From NCBI GenBank assembly GCA_947627795.1, contig CANQXJ010000006.1, positions 1,277 to 65,276 on the forward strand: 64,000 nt of DNA. Reading direction: 5' to 3'. This document shows, piece by piece, positions 58,092 through 64,000 of this stretch. Under the pieces are notes generated by a model. The model saw nothing but the letters and a program-made list of their open reading frames with translations, was not told the origin of the DNA and did not search any database. The first letter of the stretch is position 1. Each line of letters starts with the position of its first letter. Source of the DNA: an uncultured Clostridia bacterium (GTDB taxonomy: Bacteria; Bacillota; Clostridia; UBA1381). The translations under genes and the position numbers were made by a program.

Positions 58092-58658
58092 TTACGCTGC
58101 CGCGTATGCACGCGCGGCGATATCCTTGCGGAACAGGAATTTAAACACCGTCCGTATCAGCGGCTGAATGAAAAACAGCTGTGTGAAAAACGCGAACGGG
58201 AAGTTAAAGCATACGAGTTTGAGCCAGTTCGCGAACAGCGTGAATATATTGAATCCCGCGTGATACGGATAATACATCCATGCCGCTATAAAGCTCATCA
58301 CAGGACACATAAGTCCTACCGTGGCGCAGATTATCGCCGTTTCGAAAAGTACAGGGTGTGTTTTTGCCGGATCAAACACCTTAGCGGCAAGCCTGAACGA
58401 GCATGGGCTTCCCATAAGTATCTCGAGCGAGTATGCGAATACGAACTCTATAAGCACGACCGCCCATATCGGCACAAGCTTCCCGAACACGCTGACTCCG
58501 CCCATTATGTTGATTGCTTCCAACACGCTTCCCGCGCCCGTGATCTCCATAAACGTGCCGCCGTTTATAACATACAAGCTGTAAAACACATACGCGTGAA
58601 CTGTCACCAGCACAGTCAGAAGTGCGAATACCATTCTTTGAAATTGATTTCTCGGCAT
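58092..58658 (-). CDS. Integral membrane protein (DUF2798-like)
   Basis: MPRNQFQRMVFALLTVLVTVHAYVF and further TM helices. GGAGGA RBS 7 nt before the ATG at 58658. Confidence 0.6.
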   Translation of the reverse strand: MPRNQFQRMVFALLTVLVTVHAYVFYSLYVINGGTFMEITGAGSVLEAINIMGGVSVFGKLVPIWAVVLIEFVFAYSLEILMGSPCSFRLAAKVFDPAKTHPVLFETAIICATVGLMCPVMSFIAAWMYYPYHAGFNIFTLFANWLKLVCFNFPFAFFTQLFFIQPLIRTVFKFLFRKDIAARAYAAA

Positions 58659-58691
58659 AAAAAAATCCTCCATAAATTTTCAATTTGCAAT

Positions 58692-58766
58692 AAAAAACAC
58701 ACGCGCCGCCCAAAGGATTGTACGTTCCGTAATCAGATTTACATACCCTTTGGGTAACACATGTGT
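58692..58766 (-). terminator. Long intrinsic-terminator-like hairpin in the leader of the DUF2798-like gene
   Basis: Minus-strand ACACAUGUGUU/GGCGCGUGUGU (11 bp including 4 G-U pairs) stacked on CCCAAAGG/CCUUUGGG plus an inner 5-bp helix, then UUUUUUA. The G-U pairs make it specific to the minus strand. Confidence 0.55.
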
Positions 58767-58785
58767 CGTCGTTTTTGCAAGCGTT

Positions 58786-58815
58786 ATTTTACCATATGGA
58801 TTTTGGTTTTGTCAA
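58786..58815 (-). promoter_or_regulatory. SigA-type promoter-like element upstream of the leader hairpin
   Basis: Minus-strand TTGACA - 18 nt - TAAAAT. Confidence 0.4.
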
Positions 58816-58909
58816 GAATAAATTTTATTTGGAAACGTTTTTTTTCTTTTATTTATAGGGAAATCTAATTGCGGAATACCTGATTCATTACGTTATCTTC
58901 AATATTTTC

Positions 58910-59299
58910 TCACGTGCTTAAGCAAGGATAGTCTATCTTCTTTTTCAATTTTGTAAATATCATAATTTGATATTTCTCCATTCCATTTTTTTCGTAAGTG
59001 TAAAACTCTATTAAATCAATATATCCATCTTTAAAAAAATTTTCTATTCCCAATTCAACACTTATGTCGATAAGGTTAATATATATATCACAAAGCGTAA
59101 AATCCTTATTGTTTACTTTTTTACAATCTTTACATACAATAATATTATCATAGAATCCTTTCCCTGTTAATTCTATGTGATGTGTACAATGAACATATTG
59201 ATTCATCAATATATGTTTTTCTATTTCTGAACGAAAGAGCGTATTTGCTAAACATAAGCTAATGACATCATTTTCAAGTTCAATTAAAAAATTATTCAT
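58910..59299 (-). CDS. Hypothetical protein encoded in an AT-rich islet
   Basis: 129-aa ORF with a GGAGGA RBS 5 nt upstream. Composition is markedly more AT-rich than the flanks. Cys/His pairs (HCTHH..CKDCKK). No family recognised. Confidence 0.55.
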   Translation of the reverse strand: MNNFLIELENDVISLCLANTLFRSEIEKHILMNQYVHCTHHIELTGKGFYDNIIVCKDCKKVNNKDFTLCDIYINLIDISVELGIENFFKDGYIDLIEFYTYEKNGMEKYQIMIFTKLKKKIDYPCLST

Positions 59300-59359
59300 C
59301 CTATTCCTCCGTTGAAATTCAATTTATAAAGAAAGTACCTATATTAAATACTCCATCAA

Positions 59360-60181
59360 TTACTTCCCCGCGAACCGCTTATTGACATATTTCATGCTTT
59401 CCCGAAACTCATTTTCCGAGTGAAGATGCTCGATAAGCACCGGCATCTGCGAGTCGAGCGCGTTGATTTTATCCACATAATAGTCCATATCAAATTTGCC
59501 CTGTCCGCACGGCATTTCCTTTATTTGAAAAGTAAACCCGTCAAGCAGAATCGCGTCCTTCAAATGGCAGCTTTTTATGTACGCACCGAGCTTAGCGAAT
59601 ACATCGTCCATAAATTCGCGCTGCTTGAAATATCTGTCCCACGAACAGAGCCAGTTTACAATGTCCATATGCACCGCGAATTGCTCGTGATTTACGTCCT
59701 TGATAAGACTAAGATACTCGTCCGGGCTGACCGGCACCGTCCACGGCATCGGCTCTATTGTGTAAAACGTGTTTTTCGGGTTTGCCTTGTCGAGAATTTC
59801 ACGTATTGAATTTACAACGCCGTCGTAAAATTCGTCACTGAAATTTTCAAAAGCCGCGCCGTCCCACTTGTCGCTCGCGCTGCCGGAGATATTCACACAG
59901 CACCGCGCGCCGACATAATCCGCAAGCTTCAACTGCTCCACGCAGCGTTCCATTGCCGCCGCGCGGGAGCCTGCGTCTTTGTCGAGCGGATTGCACCACG
60001 CGCCGACCTCCGCTATTACAAAATCGCGCTCATTAGCAGCCTTGACATATTCGTCGATCAGATTCACTTTTGTGTGATAGTCAACGGGGAACACCACGCT
60101 GCGGCATCCCATTTCAACCATTTGATTCGCCCAGTCCTCCGGCGACGTATGCGTCCATGAGGACGATATTCCGAGTCTCAT
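59360..60181 (-). CDS. Sugar phosphate isomerase/epimerase (xylose-isomerase-like TIM barrel)
   Basis: 273 aa with layout and strings (FVIAEVGAW, HMDIVNW, LIEHL) typical of the AP-endonuclease-2/xylose-isomerase-like family. Confidence 0.7.
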   Translation of the reverse strand: MRLGISSSWTHTSPEDWANQMVEMGCRSVVFPVDYHTKVNLIDEYVKAANERDFVIAEVGAWCNPLDKDAGSRAAAMERCVEQLKLADYVGARCCVNISGSASDKWDGAAFENFSDEFYDGVVNSIREILDKANPKNTFYTIEPMPWTVPVSPDEYLSLIKDVNHEQFAVHMDIVNWLCSWDRYFKQREFMDDVFAKLGAYIKSCHLKDAILLDGFTFQIKEMPCGQGKFDMDYYVDKINALDSQMPVLIEHLHSENEFRESMKYVNKRFAGK

Positions 60182-60204
60182 TTTCTATTCCTCCCGTCCG
60201 AAAT

Positions 60205-60795
60205 TCATAATTCAATTACTTCACCCGGTTCAATTATCAATGCGGACGGCGTTACAAACCGTTCCGCTTTTTCGCGGTTAAACAGCTCGCCCGGCGACAT
60301 ATGGATCGGGACGGTATGCTTCGCGCCGATAAGCTCCGCGCACTCAATCGCTTCCGGTATATCCATGTTAAAATACCCGTCGGTCGGCAAAAACACATAG
60401 TCTATATTCATCTTGCCAAGCTCCGCCATCTGCTCTGTCTTTGAAGTATCGCCCGCGAAATACAGTGTTTTTCCGTCCACCGTGACAAGATAACCCACGC
60501 ACTGATTTATGTCGTGATTTTTGTTGTACGCCTGCACCGGCTCGACATGAACGCCCGCGAAGTCAAGCGCCCTATAACCGCCATCCGTTATCGCGTCGTT
60601 GTTTTGGAGAATCACACAATCGTCCGAATGAGGCACCATGTCGATTCTGTTGTGATCGTGATGCTGATGCGTCACGAGAATTAAATCCGCTTTTTTGTCG
60701 TAACCCTCGCCCGCAAAAGGATCGATATAAATCACCTTGCCCGCTCCCGTCGTCAGCCGAAAACTCGCGTGTCCCTGATATAAAAGCTCTGCCAT
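60205..60795 (-). CDS. MBL-fold metallo-hydrolase
   Basis: Metal motif LVTHQHHDHN. 196 aa. AAGGAGGA RBS. Confidence 0.8.
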   Translation of the reverse strand: MAELLYQGHASFRLTTGAGKVIYIDPFAGEGYDKKADLILVTHQHHDHNRIDMVPHSDDCVILQNNDAITDGGYRALDFAGVHVEPVQAYNKNHDINQCVGYLVTVDGKTLYFAGDTSKTEQMAELGKMNIDYVFLPTDGYFNMDIPEAIECAELIGAKHTVPIHMSPGELFNREKAERFVTPSALIIEPGEVIEL

Positions 60796-60856
60796 ATCGT
60801 TTTCCTCCTTGTATTATATTATTTTACAATCGGACATCATTATTTTCGTTGTTTCT

Positions 60857-60939
60857 ATTTTATCACTTTTTCCTTGCCGATTCAATAGCGATATAAAATT
60901 GAGCATAAAAAATCCCGAAATCTGTTTGACTTCGAGATT
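60857..60939 (-). promoter_or_regulatory. Conserved promoter module copy 3 with its upstream hairpin
   Basis: Minus-strand ATCGCTATTGAAT-CGGCAAGGAAAAAGTGA-TAAAAT. Hairpin AATCCCGAA / TTCGAGATT at 60911-60939 flanked by A- and T-runs. Confidence 0.55.
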
Positions 60940-60980
60940 TTTTACAATTTCACAGTATCATAATTATCACGTCCTCCGTA

Positions 60981-61025
60981 TTGATTTCTTGCGGTTAATA
61001 TGATATGATTATTTTATAATCATAT
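60981..61025 (+). promoter_or_regulatory. GNAT gene promoter with overlapping perfect palindrome
   Basis: TTGATT - 17 nt - TATGAT. The 10-3-10 palindrome ATATGATTAT-TTT-ATAATCATAT (61003-61025) covers the -10 and the transcription start. Confidence 0.5.
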
Positions 61026-61057
61026 AAAGCGATAAACCGGAATATACGGAGGAGAAT

Positions 61058-61567
61058 ATGATACTTGAAACTGAGCGGTTGTATCTGCGCGAGATGAAGC
61101 AGTCGGACTTTAATTCTTTATGCAAAATTTTACAGGATGAAGACACGATGTACGCATATGAGGGAGCGTTCAGCGATGATGAGGTTCAGGAATGGCTGGA
61201 CAGGCAAATACGTCGATATCAGAAGCGGGAATTTGGCTTGCGGGCGGTCATTCTGAAGGAAACTGATGAAATGATAGGTCAGTGCGGACTTACAATGCAG
61301 CCGTGGAAGGATGAGGAAGTGCTTGAGATAGGCTATCTTTTCGAGCGCTCGCACTGGCACAAAGGCTACGCCACCGAAGCAGCAAGAGCTTGTAAACAGT
61401 ATGCGTTTGAGGTATTGAAAGCCAATAAGGTTTGCTCTATTATTCGTGATACCAATATCGCGTCTCAAAATGTGGCAATAAGAAACGGAATGACAAAGAC
61501 GGATATGTGGGTAAAGCATTACAGAGGCGTAGATATGCCGCATTATCGGTATGTTGTGCATAGATAA
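61058..61567 (+). CDS. GNAT family N-acetyltransferase (RimJ/RimL-like)
   Basis: ILETERLYLREM N-terminus, GQCGL..IGYLFERSHWHKGYATEAARA acetyl-CoA-binding region. GGAGGAGAA RBS. Confidence 0.85.
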   Translation: MILETERLYLREMKQSDFNSLCKILQDEDTMYAYEGAFSDDEVQEWLDRQIRRYQKREFGLRAVILKETDEMIGQCGLTMQPWKDEEVLEIGYLFERSHWHKGYATEAARACKQYAFEVLKANKVCSIIRDTNIASQNVAIRNGMTKTDMWVKHYRGVDMPHYRYVVHR

Positions 61568-61769
61568 CAAATTTACTAAATCAGAGGTATCAATTATGGC
61601 GGAGATAAAACAATTTTGAACAGGTATGTGTAATTTTTGTTAATTAAATTGACATATATATCAGATTGTTATTTTGTTGAATTGTAAAGTGTGATATAAT
61701 TTGTATATAAGATATTTGAAAAGTTTGTGGAATGGAAGTTAACGATATTCGCAAGTGAAAGGCACGATT

Positions 61770-62384
61770 ATGAGATTAATTGAAATTACGAAAAATATAA
61801 GCTATCTTCCGGCGAGTGAAGATCCGCTGTCGTCGGATGTTGTGTTCATAACGAAGGAAAATAAAACGTATATTTTTGACGTCGGCGCTAATGATGAAGC
61901 GGCAGAGCTGATAAACGGAATTGCCAATGAGAAAATCGTAGTCATTTCGCACTTTCATGAGGATCATGCCGCGAATGTCGGAAGGATAAAATTCGACGAG
62001 CTGTATGCGTCCAAAGAGACAATAAAGCATACTCATACCGGCAGTGTTATCTCGGATAAAATCGTTTTTGATGATGATATAATTGCATTGACTGTGCCGT
62101 CGAGCCACGCGAAGGGCTGCGTTATTGTTGTATGCGGCGATTTTGCGTTTTTGGGTGACTGCGCGTATGCGGGATTTAAACACGGCAAGCGGTTGTATAA
62201 CGTCTACCAGTTGGGACAGATTATAAAGCTGCTTGAAGGTTTGGATGTTAAATATTTCGGCATGAGTCATTACAAGAATTTTATCTATGAAAAGGAAACA
62301 GTAATGACGATGCTTAAGGAACAATATGCTAAACGGACGGCGGGATGTGATTTTATTGAGGCGATTGGACGAAGGACGGGTTAA
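61770..62384 (+). CDS. MBL-fold metallo-hydrolase
   Basis: VVISHFHEDHAANV motif. I prefer the ATG at 61770 (MRLIEITKN) over the GTG at 61755. Confidence 0.7.
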   Translation: MRLIEITKNISYLPASEDPLSSDVVFITKENKTYIFDVGANDEAAELINGIANEKIVVISHFHEDHAANVGRIKFDELYASKETIKHTHTGSVISDKIVFDDDIIALTVPSSHAKGCVIVVCGDFAFLGDCAYAGFKHGKRLYNVYQLGQIIKLLEGLDVKYFGMSHYKNFIYEKETVMTMLKEQYAKRTAGCDFIEAIGRRTG

Positions 62385-62514
62385 GCTGTGCGACGAATGG
62401 GGAGAGCCGATACCGGAAGATGAATTGTATGTTCCGCATTACCGTGAGCGCTGTCGGACGTGCGGCATGAGGATAAGCTGCAACGGCTGCGGGCTTCGGC
62501 ATAAAACGCGATAA
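62326..62514 (+). CDS. Possible small Cys-rich basic protein overlapping the 3' end of the MBL gene
   Basis: 62-aa ORF with AAGGA 5 nt before the ATG. Two CxxC pairs (CRTCGMRISCNGC). It overlaps the previous gene by 59 nt. No family recognised. Confidence 0.25.
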   Translation: MLNGRRDVILLRRLDEGRVKLCDEWGEPIPEDELYVPHYRERCRTCGMRISCNGCGLRHKTR

Positions 62515-62552
62515 TTGGTATGAAAGTGAGTACGGAATAACTCGTGTAATGG

Positions 62553-62777
62553 GTGAACTGTCGCGCTGCGGTCAGCAGTTTACGCGGGAATGGATTGAAA
62601 ATCTGTAAAAGTTATTATGAGTCGTTTTATGACTCTAAAAAGTGCATCTCCTGTATGCGCTGCATAAAACAGTGTCCGCAAAGTGCAAGAAAGGTTAATG
62701 GGCTGATGGTGTCCGCAGCAGCATTGGCAATCAAAAAAGCCTGCTCCGGCAGAAAAGAAAACGAGTTGTTCATGTAA
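62553..62777 (+). CDS. Single 4Fe-4S-motif ferredoxin-like fragment, probably a remnant of a longer flavodoxin/ferredoxin gene
   Basis: One CISCMRCIKQCP motif only. GTG start with no clear RBS and an in-frame stop 3 nt upstream. Confidence 0.3.
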   Translation: MNCRAAVSSLRGNGLKICKSYYESFYDSKKCISCMRCIKQCPQSARKVNGLMVSAAALAIKKACSGRKENELFM

Positions 62778-62806
62778 AATACAACGGGTGTAAAGGGTGG
62801 TGTACT

Positions 62807-63646
62807 ATGAAAATCGGCATTATAGATGTAGGCGGCGGGTTCCGCGGGATTTATGCCTGCGGCGTACTTGACTACTGCCTCGACCGGAACATTCGATTTG
62901 ATCTTGGGATCGGCGTATCGGCGGGAAGCGCGAATCTTGCCTCATTTATCGCGGGGCAAAGGGGACGCAATTTTATCTTTTATACGGAATACGGTCTCAG
63001 GAAGCAGTATGCGAGCGTAAGAAATTTTATTATGAAACGATCTTTTATTGATATGGACTATGTCTATGGTACGCTCAGCAATCACGATGGTGAAAATCCT
63101 TTTGATTACGATGCTTTGCAGAAGAATCCGACGGAATTTATCGTGGTCGCAACAAACGCCGAAACCGGCGAGGCAAAATATTTTGATAAGCGGGATATTC
63201 GGCAGGATGATTACGACACATTTAAAGCGTCCTCATCTATACCCTTTGTCTGCAAGCCCTATTTTGTTCAGGGAACGCCCTATTACGACGGGGCGCTGGG
63301 CGATCCTGTTCCGGTGGAAAAGGCGTTTGCTTCCGGGTGCGATCGTGTGGTCGTATTGCTTACCAAGCCGGAAAATGTCATCCGCACTCCCGAACGAGAT
63401 GAGAAGTTTGCCGCTCTGATCCGTAAAAGGTATCCCAACGCGGCGGAAAAGCTGCGGCAAAGAGCGAACCGGTACAATGAGAGCGTTGCGCTGGCACAGA
63501 AATATGCAAGGCAAGGAAAAGCGCTGATCGTTGCGCCGGACGATACCTGCGGCGTTAGTACGCTGTCGCGCAAACCAGCAGATATGAAACGGCTTTATGA
63601 AAAAGGCTATGCCGATGGAGAAAAAATCAAATCGTTCATGTATTAA
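62807..63646 (+). CDS. Patatin-like phospholipase family protein
   Basis: Oxyanion GGGFRG, nucleophile elbow GVSAGS and catalytic Asp context YYDGALGDPVP. Confidence 0.85.
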   Translation: MKIGIIDVGGGFRGIYACGVLDYCLDRNIRFDLGIGVSAGSANLASFIAGQRGRNFIFYTEYGLRKQYASVRNFIMKRSFIDMDYVYGTLSNHDGENPFDYDALQKNPTEFIVVATNAETGEAKYFDKRDIRQDDYDTFKASSSIPFVCKPYFVQGTPYYDGALGDPVPVEKAFASGCDRVVVLLTKPENVIRTPERDEKFAALIRKRYPNAAEKLRQRANRYNESVALAQKYARQGKALIVAPDDTCGVSTLSRKPADMKRLYEKGYADGEKIKSFMY

Positions 63647-63654
63647 CCGTTTCC

Positions 63655-64000
63655 TCACACCCCAAATACACTCTCACGCAGCTTGCGGTTATACATCAGC
63701 TCCAACAGCATATTAAGCTTCCTGTTTCCGATATAAACGTGCTTCTTCCTGCGCTTGATCGCTTCCTCCGAGGGATTGTCTATATTTAATATAAGCTTGT
63801 CGTCTTCGCTCAACACAGCCTTTTCCTCATTCAGCACATCGGCAAACAGCTGAAATAACGCCATATATCGATCGTCAGACGAGTTTTCTATCAGTTCGAG
63901 AAAAGTATCCCGGAACATGATTACGTTGTCAAACGCGTCATCTGCCTCGCACAGCGCATCAACCAGTTTTATTGTATTAATGGGCTTGCTTACTGTTACT
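63655..64000 (-). CDS. Hypothetical protein, C-terminal fragment (ORF open to the window edge)
   Basis: The minus-strand frame has no stop from 64000 down to 63655 (..KLVDALCEADDAFDNVIMFRDTFLELIENSSDDRY..). No family recognised. Confidence 0.5.
   Translation of the reverse strand, partial: VTVSKPINTIKLVDALCEADDAFDNVIMFRDTFLELIENSSDDRYMALFQLFADVLNEEKAVLSEDDKLILNIDNPSEEAIKRRKKHVYIGNRKLNMLLELMYNRKLRESVFGV

Noticed and set aside
62807-63646. The patatin-like phospholipase as the effector of a CBASS-like or other anti-phage system.
   Set aside because: No cyclase, sensor, NTPase or other defence-associated partner lies next to it. Upstream there is only gene debris and small enzymes. The 279-aa stand-alone form with GGGFRG/GVSAGS/DGA is common as a housekeeping lipase. 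The unresolved downstream ORF keeps a small doubt, reported separately.

Overview
The window looks like chromosomal DNA from an endospore-forming Firmicute of the class Clostridia, judged by gene content. By eye it is roughly 50-55% GC, with a few strongly AT-rich intergenic or islet regions. About 60 protein genes are supported.

Most are core housekeeping or sporulation genes:
- Plant-polysaccharide degradation: two tandem GH43 genes, one encoding a 1697-aa multidomain secreted enzyme.
- Sporulation: an M16 peptidase pair, gpr, spoIIAA-spoIIAB-sigF and a DUF421/DUF4363 pair.
- DNA and tRNA functions: dprA-topA-trmFO, tcdA, and nusB-(Kae1-like)-xseA-xseB-ispA.
- Energy and transport: an amino-acid ABC transporter, an [FeFe]-hydrogenase-like gene, a V-type ATPase operon (K-E-C-F-A-B-D), trkA-trkH, and a four-subunit 2-oxoacid:ferredoxin oxidoreductase operon.
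- Others: ireB, an S8 protease, an Fe-alcohol dehydrogenase, rpmB, murA, rlmH, apbE and ilvE.

The last ~12 kb (52-64 kb) looks accessory. It carries blaI plus two tandem BlaR1-like M56 sensor-proteases, small enzymes (MBL-fold, GNAT, sugar-phosphate isomerase, patatin-like), an AT-rich orphan ORF and gene remnants. No rRNA, tRNA, CRISPR array, transposase or integrase was recognised.

Most noteworthy observations:
1. One BlaI repressor is followed by two BlaR1 paralogues. They share a near-identical transmembrane/protease module but have unrelated, non-penicillin-binding sensor domains.
2. A promoter-to-terminator bounded ~235-nt non-coding unit lies just upstream of the blaI promoter. It has a terminator/antiterminator-like alternative pairing and is a candidate cis-regulatory RNA.
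3. A 160-bp nested-palindromic MITE-like element is present twice in opposite orientation. One copy sits exactly between the two BlaR1 genes.
4. A ~45-nt promoter module with a conserved spacer is present three times, twice fused to the same hairpin.
5. The TPP-binding beta subunit of the 2-oxoacid oxidoreductase is split by a frameshift at a G-run.
6. The V-ATPase operon has no subunit I gene.

All family assignments come from motif recognition by eye and need database confirmation.
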